Of a stretch of 64,000 nucleotides of DNA, positions 19,907 to 30,000 are shown piece after piece. The first letter of the stretch is position 1, and every line of letters begins with the position of its first letter. The stretch is taken from assembly GCA_025458025.1 (NCBI GenBank), contig JALOTF010000003.1, positions 12,161 to 76,160 of the forward strand. The letters are read 5' to 3'. The position numbers and the translations under genes were made by a program. Source of the stretch: Beijerinckiaceae bacterium (GTDB lineage Bacteria > Pseudomonadota > Alphaproteobacteria > Rhizobiales > Beijerinckiaceae). The notes under the pieces were generated by a model. It saw nothing but the letters and a program-made list of their open reading frames with translations, had not been told where the DNA came from and did no database searches.

Positions 19907-20389
19907 TCAGGCCCGGTCGCGCTTGTCGAGCAGAGCTTCCAGCGCTTCTTTCTCGCTTTCGGCGAGGGGTGCGGCTTCGGGCGTCGCGACAGCCTCGGCG
20001 GGCCGGCCGAACAGCGAACGCGCAGCGAAAATCCCGCCGATCAGCGCAAGGGCCGGGAGGCTCCACAGCAGGGCGGTGGAAGCGGAGAAAGGCGGGCGCA
20101 GCAGCACGAACTCGCCATAGCGCGCCACAAGAAACTGACGAATGGTGCTATCGCTGTCCCCTGCCGAAATGCGCTCGCGCACAAGGCGACGAAGATCGCG
20201 GGCGAGTTCCGCATCAGAATCGTCGATGGACTGGTTCTGGCAGACGAGACAACGCAATTCAGCCGAAAGCTTGCGGGCGCGCGCTTCCTGCTCCGGGTCC
20301 TTCAATTGCTCGCCGGGCTGCACGGCATATGCGGCGCCGGACAATGCCAGCGCCCCGAAGACCAGCACACGGCGGGAAAGCCTGCTCAT
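19907..20389 (-). CDS. ccmH: Cytochrome c biogenesis protein CcmH (CycL)
   Basis: LRCLVCQNQSIDDS (CxxC) motif, YGEFVLLRPP. Confidence 0.93.
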   Translation of the reverse strand: MSRLSRRVLVFGALALSGAAYAVQPGEQLKDPEQEARARKLSAELRCLVCQNQSIDDSDAELARDLRRLVRERISAGDSDSTIRQFLVARYGEFVLLRPPFSASTALLWSLPALALIGGIFAARSLFGRPAEAVATPEAAPLAESEKEALEALLDKRDRA

Positions 20390-22362
20390 TCCGCCGGCTC
20401 CAGCCGTTCCGGTCGCCGGGCGGCGACGCGCGGTGCGCCAACGCGTAGGCGACGATCCGTGAGCGAGAGAAGGCCTGCCAGCGCCATCAGCGCCGGACCA
20501 AGCCAGATCAGGGTCACGAAGGGCTTCCAATAGGCGCGGAGATCAACATGCGCTCCATCGGAGGTTTCGCCAATGGCAACATAGACCTCGGAGAAGCCGA
20601 CACGATGACGGCCGACTTCAGAAGTCGGCATCTGCCGCCCGATATAGACGCGCTTCGCCGGGCGCAACTCCGCGACTTCACGCGTGCCATCATGCACCGA
20701 GAAGCGCGCGACCGTGGAGGTGTAGTTGGGACCGGTATAGGGCGCGATACCCCGCAGGGTGAGCGTATATTCGCCGAGCTTCACGCTCTCGCCGGGCTTC
20801 ATCGAGAGGATCGCCTCCTTCTCGAAGGCCGTGAAGGCGATGCCGATCACCATGATACCGACCCCGGCATGGGCCAGAGCGGTCGCTACGAAGGTGCGCG
20901 GCAAACCTATGAGGCGCCGGAGCGCACCGCTCGTGCCGCCCCGCATGGCGCGCTCGCGGATTTCATCCAGCGAGGCCAGCAGGATGAAGATTCCAAGGCC
21001 AATCGCGACGATCGCCAAGGCCGGACCACGCCCGATATAGTAAGCTGCAATGAGCGTCGCGATGAAGCTCAGGCCAATGGCGAGTCCCATGCGCTGCGTC
21101 ACCCCGAGCAGGTCGCCGCGCTTCCAGGCGAGGCGCTGACCGAAGGGGATCGCCACGAAGAGCGGCAGCATCAAAGGGACGACCGTGAGATTGAAGAAGG
21201 GCGGGCCGACGGAGATCTTCTGGCCCGTCACACCCTCCAGCGCGAGCGGGTAGAGCGTGCCCACCAGCACGGCGAGCGAGGCCACCGCGAGGAACAAGTT
21301 GTTCAGCACCAGCGCGCCTTCACGGCTGACCGGAGCGAATAGCCCACCGGACTCCATGGCCCGCGCCCGCAGCGCGAACAAGGTGAAAGAGCCACCGATG
21401 AAGGCGATGAGGATGATGAGGATGAACAATCCGCGCTCAGGGTCCACCGCGAAAGCATGCACCGAAGTCAGCACACCTGAACGCACGAGGAAGGTGCCTA
21501 GCAGCGAAAGCGAAAAGGTGATGATCGCGAGCAGGATCGTCCAGATCTTGAGCGCCTCGCGCTTTTCCATCACGATTGCGGAGTGCAGAAGCGCGGTGCC
21601 CGTGAGCCAGGGCATCAGCGAGGCATTCTCCACCGGGTCCCAGAACCAGTAGCCGCCCCACCCCAGCTCGTAATAGGCCCAGTAGGAGCCCATCGCGATG
21701 CCCAAAGTCAGCGTGATCCACGCGACGAGGTTCCACGGGCGCAGCATCCGCGCGAAGGCCGCATCGATCCGCCCGACAATGAGCGCACCAGCCGCAAAAG
21801 AGAAGACGATCGAGTAGCCGACATAGCCGAGATAGAGCAGCGGCGGATGGATCGCGAGGCCCGGGTCTTGCAGGATTGGGTTCAGGTCGCGCCCCTCGAA
21901 AGGCGCAGGTGCAAGCCGCAGGAAAGGGTTGGAGGCAAACAACAGGAAAGCCAGAAAGGCTGCGGCGATCATCGCCTGCACGGCCAGCGTGGCACCGAGA
22001 ATGTCATCCGGGAGGTTGCGCGAAAAGATCGCCACGCCCGCGCCGAACAGCGCGAGAATAAGCACCCAGAGCAGCATCGAGCCTTCATGGTTGCCCCATA
22101 CCCCGCTCCATTTGTAGATCAGCGGCTTCAGCGTGTGCGAATTCTGGTAGACATTCGCAACCGAGAAATCCGAGCCGAGATAGGCATGGGTCAGCGCTGC
22201 GAACGAGATACCAATCAGCAGGAGTTGCGCAATCGCGGCATAGGGGCCGAGTGCCACCAGAGCGGAATCGCGCTTGATCGCTCCCCAGAGCGGCACAGTC
22301 GCCTGGAAGAGCGTCAATGCCAGCGCCAGAACCAGCGCGTAATGGCCGATCTCGACAATCAT
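20386..22362 (-). CDS. ccmF: Heme lyase CcmF (CycK)
   Basis: WGNHEGS and the WWD motif WGGYWFWDPVENASL. Confidence 0.96.
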   Translation of the reverse strand: MIVEIGHYALVLALALTLFQATVPLWGAIKRDSALVALGPYAAIAQLLLIGISFAALTHAYLGSDFSVANVYQNSHTLKPLIYKWSGVWGNHEGSMLLWVLILALFGAGVAIFSRNLPDDILGATLAVQAMIAAAFLAFLLFASNPFLRLAPAPFEGRDLNPILQDPGLAIHPPLLYLGYVGYSIVFSFAAGALIVGRIDAAFARMLRPWNLVAWITLTLGIAMGSYWAYYELGWGGYWFWDPVENASLMPWLTGTALLHSAIVMEKREALKIWTILLAIITFSLSLLGTFLVRSGVLTSVHAFAVDPERGLFILIILIAFIGGSFTLFALRARAMESGGLFAPVSREGALVLNNLFLAVASLAVLVGTLYPLALEGVTGQKISVGPPFFNLTVVPLMLPLFVAIPFGQRLAWKRGDLLGVTQRMGLAIGLSFIATLIAAYYIGRGPALAIVAIGLGIFILLASLDEIRERAMRGGTSGALRRLIGLPRTFVATALAHAGVGIMVIGIAFTAFEKEAILSMKPGESVKLGEYTLTLRGIAPYTGPNYTSTVARFSVHDGTREVAELRPAKRVYIGRQMPTSEVGRHRVGFSEVYVAIGETSDGAHVDLRAYWKPFVTLIWLGPALMALAGLLSLTDRRLRVGAPRVAARRPERLEPAE

Positions 22363-22372
22363 GCTCGCCTGC

Positions 22373-22831
22373 TCATGGTTTGGGTGCACCCTCGGCCTTG
22401 CCCGGCTGCCAATGGCCCTGTTTCTTCAGGGCATCAGCCACCTCGCGCGGCATGTAGTTCTCGTCGTGGCGTGCCAGAACCGTGGATGCCGTGAAGGCAC
22501 CGGAGGCGTCAAGTTTGCCTTCCGCCACCACGCCCTGCCCTTCGCGGAAAAGATCGGGCAGCAGTCCCTGATACGTCACGGCGATAGTGTTCGGACCATC
22601 GGTTACGCGGAAGCGAACCATCTGGTTCGGCTCGCGCTGCACGCTGCCCTGTTCCACAAGCCCGCCCAGACGGAAGGCCTCGCCCGGCTTCACCTTGCCG
22701 GCCACAACTTCGCTGGGCGCGCGGAAGAAGACGATCTGGTCACGCAAGCCCGTGAGGATCAGCGCCAGCGCCGACACGAGCACGAGCCCGAAGCCGCCGA
22801 GGATCGCCAGACGTTTCTGCTTACGGGTCAT
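22373..22831 (-). CDS. ccmE: Heme chaperone CcmE (CycJ)
   Basis: [15 protein letters not shown] and heme-binding [10 protein letters not shown]. Confidence 0.96.
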   Translation of the reverse strand: MTRKQKRLAILGGFGLVLVSALALILTGLRDQIVFFRAPSEVVAGKVKPGEAFRLGGLVEQGSVQREPNQMVRFRVTDGPNTIAVTYQGLLPDLFREGQGVVAEGKLDASGAFTASTVLARHDENYMPREVADALKKQGHWQPGKAEGAPKP

Positions 22832-23952
22832 GGGGTTCCCTTGAGATCAAGCGAAGTGGCGAGGCGATCCAGTTCGGCGCGGGCCGCATCACCCAGAGCC
22901 TTGCGCGCCTCCGCCAGTGCGGTTGCTGCCTTGTCGCGCTGGTTCAGCACGACGCGCGCCTGAATCAGGCGCTGCCATTCCTCGAAACTGCCGCCTTGGG
23001 TGGACAGTCGGGCGGCGAGGCTTTCCACCATGCCTTCGATGGCCTTCGCGCGTTCATCGGCTGGCAGGGCGGAGAGCGCGCGGCCCGCTTCGCTTTGCGG
23101 ACCGGATTGCGGTCGTGCCGGCGCCTTGCCCTCGGCGCGGAAGCGATCAAGCTCGGCTTCGACTCGCATCTTGCCAGGCCCCTCGGGAAGCGAGGCAGAA
23201 AGGTCCTGCAGTTTCTGCACAGCCCCCGCTGCGTCCCCGTCCTGCTCGGTCGCAAGCGCGATGTAGAACCGCGCTTTGGCAAAAGAGGGGTCCAGCGCAA
23301 CAGCTTTCAGAAAGGCTTCCTTGGCTTCCGCGCTCACGATGCCGTTTTGCGCAGCGATCAGCGCTTCGCCAAGATCCGCGAGACGTTCGGCGGTTTCACC
23401 CGAAATCGCGATCACGCGACGGTAGGCGAATGCGGCATCCTGAAAGCGCCCAAGACGCATGTAGGCGGGCGCGATCACCTCAAAGCCGCGCGCATCATTG
23501 GGATTGCTGGCGAGATGAAGTTCGATTCGCTGCAGAGCCTGCGCCATCTCAGCATCGCCGTTGGGCGCGACACGGCTGGCGATTGGCTGGTCGGGGAAGT
23601 TGGGTGTCCCGGTCCGGAGGTAGATGGGGATCGAGAGAAGCGGCAGGCCGAGCAGCAATAACAATGCGGCCATCTTACGCCGGAAGGCGGCATCGTGGCC
23701 CTGCTCTTCCGCTGCCTGCTGCTGGCGGCCAATGGCGAGTAGCCTTCGGGCCTGTTCAGCCTCGGAAGCAGCTCTCTCGCTCTCGGAGATCAGGCCGGCA
23801 GCGACCTGGCGCTCCAGCTCCTGTCGCCGGGATTCGTAGAATTGCACAGCATGTTCAAGGCTTGAACGACTGCGCCGAGGACGGAGCAGCGGAAGCAGGG
23901 CCAAAGCGGCCGCGCCAACGGTCAACACCACAATTGCAATCCAGAGAGTCAT
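22828..23952 (-). CDS. ccmI: Cytochrome c biogenesis protein CcmI (CycH), TPR-containing
   Basis: Two TM segments, TPR-like repeats, MVESLAARL; first gene of the cycHJKL order. Confidence 0.88.
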   Translation of the reverse strand: MTLWIAIVVLTVGAAALALLPLLRPRRSRSSLEHAVQFYESRRQELERQVAAGLISESERAASEAEQARRLLAIGRQQQAAEEQGHDAAFRRKMAALLLLLGLPLLSIPIYLRTGTPNFPDQPIASRVAPNGDAEMAQALQRIELHLASNPNDARGFEVIAPAYMRLGRFQDAAFAYRRVIAISGETAERLADLGEALIAAQNGIVSAEAKEAFLKAVALDPSFAKARFYIALATEQDGDAAGAVQKLQDLSASLPEGPGKMRVEAELDRFRAEGKAPARPQSGPQSEAGRALSALPADERAKAIEGMVESLAARLSTQGGSFEEWQRLIQARVVLNQRDKAATALAEARKALGDAARAELDRLATSLDLKGTP

Positions 23953-24061
23953 CGTGTCGCTGATCTAGGCCGCAATCCGGGCCAATCCATGACATGGCGC
24001 AACTGCCCTGCCATTTGTGTCGTTCTTGCTACAGAGGAGCTCGGGGTGACGCAATCAATTG

Positions 24062-25465
24062 TCAGAGCGCGGGCAGCGTCAATCGCGCGCGCAAGCCACC
24101 CAAGGGCGAATCCTCAAGCGCAAAACTGCCACCATACAGGGTCGCAAGATCCACAACGATGGACAGGCCAAGGCCGGAACCGGGTTTGGTTTCATCAAGC
24201 CGCCGGCCTCTTTTTGTGGCCTCGATGCGCTTTTCATCCGGCAGGCCGGGGCCGTCATCATCAACAATGAGGTTCAATTGGGGCTGCGCATGCTCGGATG
24301 GAGGGGATGCGACAACCCGGATACGAACCTGCTTCTTTGCCCATTTGCCGGCATTGTCGATCAGGTTGCCGATCATCTCTTCGAGATCCTGCTTCTCTCC
24401 GCGAAAACGCAAGGGCGTCTCGATTTCGAGGGCAAAAGCGATCTCCCGATCCCGATAGATCTTCTCGAAAGTCCGGGTAAAAGCAGCCAGAATTGGCTCG
24501 ACTTCGGTAATATTGCCAATGGTTGCCGCGCGGGCAGCGGCTCGTGCACGGTCGAGATAATACTGCATCTGATCGCGCATGATCGTGGTCTGCTCACGGA
24601 TTTTCTCGCCAAGCGGACCGGAATCGCTCCCAGCCTCATTGAGCAGCACGGAAAGCGGGGTCTTCAGCGCATGGGCGAGATTGCCGACCTGCGCGCGAGC
24701 ACGGCTCACGATCTCACGGTTGACATCGAGAAGCTGGTTCAACTCGCCAGCCAGCGGCGCGACTTCGACCGGGAATTCGCCTTCCACGCGTTCGCTCACA
24801 CCATTGCGGACCTGCGCAAGGGATTGGGAAAGATCGCGCAACGGTCTCAGGCCATAGCGCACCTGCACATAGGCCGAGATCGCAAGCGCGAGCCCCAGCA
24901 GCGAGAGCAGCATTAGCACGGCGAAATCGAATCGCCGCCGCTCGTCGACAATTTCCTCGGCATTCCCGGCAACTGAAATCAGGAAACGATTCTGCTCGCC
25001 AAGGTCGATTTCCTGCTCGACGATACGAATGCGTCGCCCTTCCGGCCCAGCGCGATAGCCGTCGCGGAAATCGCCCCGAGATGATGGCATTCCCGGCTCT
25101 ACCAGCGGAGGCAGTCGCTGGTTGAAGAGCGATCGCGAGGTCCGCAGAATTGCCGCCGTATTGCTCTCGGTGTCGATCCGCATGATCTGCCAGTACCAGC
25201 CCGAAAGCGGGATCTGGAATTGCGGCTCGCCGAGATTGCCAGGCTCCACATTGTTGCCGTCCGTCAGAGCCGCCACATCCGCCACGAGCACCTTGAGGTA
25301 AAGCTTCAGGCGCTCATCGAAGGCAGCCTCCACCGATCGCCGATTGATGGCCGACAGGATCGTGCCAGCCGAAACCAGCACGAGCGCGGAGAGCAGGATC
25401 GCGGAGAGGAACAGTCGCCCGGCCAGCGAACGGGGGTCGGTGGGGCCGGGGAGCGTCAGGCGCAT
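24062..25465 (-). CDS. feuQ: Sensor histidine kinase, FeuQ-like
   Basis: GWYWQI periplasmic motif, NLAHALKTPL, DDDGPGL and GSGLGLSIV; upstream of cycHJKL as recalled for rhizobia. Confidence 0.75.
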   Translation of the reverse strand: MRLTLPGPTDPRSLAGRLFLSAILLSALVLVSAGTILSAINRRSVEAAFDERLKLYLKVLVADVAALTDGNNVEPGNLGEPQFQIPLSGWYWQIMRIDTESNTAAILRTSRSLFNQRLPPLVEPGMPSSRGDFRDGYRAGPEGRRIRIVEQEIDLGEQNRFLISVAGNAEEIVDERRRFDFAVLMLLSLLGLALAISAYVQVRYGLRPLRDLSQSLAQVRNGVSERVEGEFPVEVAPLAGELNQLLDVNREIVSRARAQVGNLAHALKTPLSVLLNEAGSDSGPLGEKIREQTTIMRDQMQYYLDRARAAARAATIGNITEVEPILAAFTRTFEKIYRDREIAFALEIETPLRFRGEKQDLEEMIGNLIDNAGKWAKKQVRIRVVASPPSEHAQPQLNLIVDDDGPGLPDEKRIEATKRGRRLDETKPGSGLGLSIVVDLATLYGGSFALEDSPLGGLRARLTLPAL

Positions 25466-25469
25466 GGAA

Positions 25470-26153
25470 TCACTTCGTCTTCGGAGCCGGCACGCCCGGA
25501 GCCTGCGCAATATAGCCAAGGCCGCGGACGGTCTCGATCACATCGACGCCGAGCTTCTTGCGCAAGCGTCCGATAAAGACCTCGATCGTGTTGGAATCAC
25601 GATCAAAATCCTGATCGTAGAGATGCTCCACCAATTCCGTCCGCGAGACCACCCGCCCCTGATGATGCATCAGATAAGCAAGCAGTCGGTATTCGTGGCT
25701 GGTGAGGCGAATGGGGTTGCCATCCACCACGACGCGGCTCGATCGCGTATCGAGGATGACCGGCCCGCAGGAAAGCTCGCTCGTCGCATGGCCTGCCGCG
25801 CGCCGCAGCAGAGCCCGGAGGCGTGCCAGCACCTCCTCCATGTGGAACGGCTTCGTCACGTAATCGTCGGCGCCGGCATCGAAGCCCTGCACCTTCTCGC
25901 TCCAGCGATCGCGTGCCGTGAGAATCAGAACCGGCATCTTGCGGCCTTCGCGACGCCATTTCTCGAGCACGCGGATGCCATCCATCTTCGGCAGGCCCAT
26001 ATCGAGGATCACGCCATCATAGGGTTCGGTATCGCCGAGAAAATGCCCGTCTTCGCCATCGAAGGCACTATCGACGGCATAACCCGCATGCTCGAGCGCC
26101 GATGTGAGCTGTCGGTTGAGGTCGCGATCATCCTCGATCACAAGCAGGCGCAT
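25470..26153 (-). CDS. feuP: OmpR-family response regulator, FeuP-like
   Basis: MRLLVIEDD, HFLGDTEPYD, DQDFDRDSNTIEVFIGRLRKK; paired with the FeuQ-like kinase. Confidence 0.8.
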   Translation of the reverse strand: MRLLVIEDDRDLNRQLTSALEHAGYAVDSAFDGEDGHFLGDTEPYDGVILDMGLPKMDGIRVLEKWRREGRKMPVLILTARDRWSEKVQGFDAGADDYVTKPFHMEEVLARLRALLRRAAGHATSELSCGPVILDTRSSRVVVDGNPIRLTSHEYRLLAYLMHHQGRVVSRTELVEHLYDQDFDRDSNTIEVFIGRLRKKLGVDVIETVRGLGYIAQAPGVPAPKTK

Positions 26154-26249
26154 TCGAGAAAACTCCTCAAGGCGGGTCGATGCTGTCACACATACACCGC
26201 TTTGGGGGGATTTCGAGGTCATCCGATACGAGAAGAATAAGTTTTCCCG

Positions 26250-26456
26250 TCAGCTCAGACGCTTGGTCGCGATCACCCGGAAGATAGTGGATGCCACGAA
26301 GCTGCCAGCGGCAACCACCTCGAGCAGGCGATCTGTCAACACGCTCTGGTCCAGTCCAACAGTCTGGAACCCCATGACTGATAGGGCCAGAGAGCCCAAG
26401 CCTACCACATTCGCCCACACGGTGCGGCTCTGCAAAAGCGCCTTGGAATCGAACAT
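26250..26456 (-). CDS. Putative holin-like protein from an internal in-frame start
   Basis: GAGGAG Shine-Dalgarno 6 nt before the in-frame ATG at 26456; 68 aa with two TM segments and a basic C-terminus (ATKRLS). Confidence 0.55.
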   Translation of the reverse strand: MFDSKALLQSRTVWANVVGLGSLALSVMGFQTVGLDQSVLTDRLLEVVAAGSFVASTIFRVIATKRLS

Positions 26457-27017
26457 GTCTTTCTCCTCAGGTTGAGCCTCCCTGTCGGGAAGGCTGGTGG
26501 GCAAACGTGCAAGCTTCAGGCTTTCTTGCTCAATCGCTGTGACACGGCGCGTCCAACCGCGCCCGAACACGGCAAAAGTTGGCAGATGCTGCAGGAAGCG
26601 CATGCGGGCCGCGCACAGAGCGCGGATCAGTTCTCCGGCATCCGAAGCATCGAGCGCCGCCAGAGATTGAGGGCCGATCCGGCCATCGACCGTCACGGCA
26701 ACCAGCCCCTGAAGGGTGCGCGCGGCCCGCGAAGGGCCGGAATTGACGGCGTAATCGAACGCCGCGAGATCAACCCCGTGCGGCAGGTGATCCGCCGCGA
26801 GCGCATCCCAATATTGCGCCCGATAGATCGCCCCGGCCTCGGCGCGCGTCAGAGACCGCACTTCCGCTTTCTCCACGGGGCGCCCGCGCCAGGCCGCAAG
26901 CGTGGCCTGGGTGATACCCATCATCGTTGCGCCACCGGGATCGGAGGGATGGTCGGAATATCCACCCTCATGCTGAAGGACGAGCGCGAGCGCCCGCTCG
27001 AAATTGGCAGCGGCCAT
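26250..27017 (-). CDS. GH108 endolysin with PG-binding domain, fused in frame to a C-terminal holin-like 2-TM domain
   Basis: HEGGYSDHPSDPGGAT...GIT (GH108), FGRGWTRRV (PG_binding_3), linker, then MFDSKALLQSRTVWANVVGLG and two hydrophobic helices. Confidence 0.85.
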   Translation of the reverse strand: MAAANFERALALVLQHEGGYSDHPSDPGGATMMGITQATLAAWRGRPVEKAEVRSLTRAEAGAIYRAQYWDALAADHLPHGVDLAAFDYAVNSGPSRAARTLQGLVAVTVDGRIGPQSLAALDASDAGELIRALCAARMRFLQHLPTFAVFGRGWTRRVTAIEQESLKLARLPTSLPDREAQPEEKDMFDSKALLQSRTVWANVVGLGSLALSVMGFQTVGLDQSVLTDRLLEVVAAGSFVASTIFRVIATKRLS

Positions 27018-27040
27018 GGCCTTCTCCGAATGTGGCGGGC

Positions 27041-30000
27041 TCAGACGATCGGCAGGGTTACCGCGAGCGCGTCCCCTGCCCCGACACGGGCCGATACCTG
27101 CGCGATGGACACAGAAAGGTTCGTCTGCGGACTGCCGAAATCAGCGATTTCCTGGGCAGAAGGATAGAAAAATGCCGGGCTGTTGACAGACACGGTGCGC
27201 TTGATGGTTGCGCCGGCGCGAATCTCGATCCGGTATTCTTCGCGCTCCTCGCCGAGCGGCACCTCGTAGAGGTCCCAGTTATCACCGCCGAAACGGGTTC
27301 GTCTGATGAAGCTCAGGCGTATCCCGCCCGCCTCGCGCTTTGCCTTCGCGTGAACCGGCGCCAAAGGCCGGTAGGCGTTGCCCGTAATGGTTCCGCTCAC
27401 ACGGGCGGTCGAGGCATCGGCAACATCGCGCCCCGTGGGAATAACCGCGATGTCGATGGTCTGGCCAACCTGTTCGGCCGAGAGGCCGAGATCGACAATC
27501 GCTTCGTCCAGCAAGATCAGATCCGCACCAGGCGAGAGGGTGCGCGCCGCTGCGCTCTCCGAAAGCCCAACCCCGCGCAAAAGCTGCGAAAGGCGATAGC
27601 GCCGGTCTCCCACAAGCTGAGCCTGTCGGAAGAGCACGATCTCGAGCACGTCATCCGGCCCGATCAGCGCCAATGCATTGCTGCCCGCGAGCACTGCCAT
27701 TTCGTTGACGCTGGCGAGCGCACCCGAGGCAAGCACGATCTCGCACGTCGCATGCCGGTCCCATCGCCAGAGCGGACCGGGGGGCAACGTGGTCAGCAGC
27801 GTGCCGAACCGCGCCGCAATCAGCGCCTCGCCGAGCACCGCGCCATCGGCATCGGTCCGCGCGAGGGCATAGGGCCCGCGCCACGGCTCGGCGCGCATCG
27901 CAATTTGCAGCGGCCCTGTCGTTTCGGAACGCTGCAAAGGCAATTCAATCAGCCGCGCATAGGCCGCCCCGGGAAGCGCCGGCACGCCCGGTTCTTCAAT
28001 AGAATCATCGTCGATGGGCGCAAATCCCATCGTCTCGGGGTCATGTGACACCGCTTCGCACAGGCGTTCGCGCTGGTCGGTGATGCGCGTGAGGCGCACA
28101 AGTCGCTCACCGGCTTCCGTTTCCAGCGTCACGAGATCACCGACCTCCAACGCCCGCGCGCTGGGTGGCAGCGCGAAACGAAACACTTCCCGCGCGGCCC
28201 AGATCTCCGCGAGGCGTTGCTCGGCGAGCTTTCGTGCCCGCGCCTTGGGCAGGATCATCGCGCCATCATCACTCACCTCGCGCTGCGCCACGCTGCCATC
28301 GCGGCGGGCCTCGACAACCGTCTTCCGGAAGTCACGATCCGGATCCACAAAGCCGAGGCGAAAACTGCGCGGAAGGTCCCGCTCCTCGCTGCGCGCGATC
28401 TCGAGTTCGACCGCATTGCGGCCACTGGTGACCACGAGCGTATCCCGTGCAAGAACAGCGAGAGGTTCAGCAGCACGCGGCTTGACCGCCAGCGCTTCGC
28501 CCTCCCCCGAGGCAATCAGCCCGAAACCGTCGATCAACGGTTCCAAAGCCGCCCGCGCCGACATCGACCGGTCGATGACATAACCCTCAATCGCCTCCGC
28601 GAGCGGCTCGACCGTGCCCGCACCCACCTCGTGATCCGCCAGAACAGCGGTAATCAATTCGGGCAGCGGCGCGATTTCGAGACGACCGTTCAGCCAATGG
28701 CCGCGCGCGAAATTCGCACCATCCGCCCACTGGCTCTTCATGGCCGGGAAGGCCGGAAAAGGCCGCGCATCATAAGCCCAGGGAGCTATGAAATCGGGCG
28801 TCACCATCGGCCCGCCATAAACCGGGGAGACCGGGTTATGCGCCGTGACATGCCCCACGCTGGCGGTATCAAACCGGTCGAGCATGGCCTCGATCAGCCG
28901 ACGCTGGATCATGTCGTCGCGATGCCCCAGCGAGAAATGCGGCAGGCCGTTCTCGATGGATTTCGGGTCCGGGAAGATGTTCGGCTGGTTGGCGCCCTTG
29001 TCCACCGCGCCACAGCCGATCTCCGCGAGCAGGATCGGCTTGGAGCGCGGCTGCCAGCCGGTATTGGACGCGACTTCCACGCCACCAACACGCTCGCGAT
29101 GGGCATTCGACCACCATCCCACGAGATCCTTCGGGCGATAGATCCACGGCTTGTTGTAAGCCCCATCGGTGATTGCCGAGCGCACCTGCGCGGCGCGAGC
29201 TGCTGAATCCGCATAAAACCAGTCGAAGCCCTCGCCCGCTCCGATGCGATCCACGAGATAGGCGGGGTCATACGGTCCATCGGCGAGTGCCGCATCCGCA
29301 TGGGCCGTGCCCTCCCGCCAATCCGTGACCGGCGGATAGAAATCGATCGCAACCGCGCCAACCTCCGCATGGCTCCAGAACGGGTCCAGCGGAAAGCGCA
29401 CCTCCTGTCCGCCACCCTGCACATGCGCACCGAATTCGGTCCAGTCCGCGGCATACGTGATGCGCGTCGCAGGTCCGAGAATGGTGCGCAGTTCGGGCAG
29501 CAGGCCAACCAAAGCCGCCACCATCGGGTAGCTGCCGCCGCCAGCTGAAAGATGGGTCAGACCCACCAGTTCGGAGGCGATGAAAAACGTATCGACCCCA
29601 CCTGCCGCCTTCGCCAGCATGGCGTGATGCAGCACCATCCGCCGGAAGCTCCATTCCACAGGCCCGGAATAAACAACCTCATCCCCGGAAAGCGCGAAAT
29701 GGCTTGCCTGAGCCGTGCCAACAAAACTCGCGATGCTCGCATTCACAGCCGCCGTTCCAGCCGGACTTCCGGACTGCCCCGGTGCGGGATGGCAGGTGAT
29801 GCGCCCGCGCCAAGGGAAAGGCGGCTGGCTCCCCGTACCGGAATACGGATCCGGACGCCCATTGCCGGCGGGAACATCCATCAGGATGAAAGGGTGCAGC
29901 GCCACCTTGAGACCGCGCGATTTCAGGTCGCGGATCGCCTGGATCACGGACAGATCCGAGGGCGTTCCGCCATAGTTCGGACGGCCCTCGGTCGCGGAAA

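Noticed and set aside
23953-24061. FNR- or RegR-like boxes upstream of ccmI
   Set aside because: Partial matches have the wrong spacing or several mismatches.
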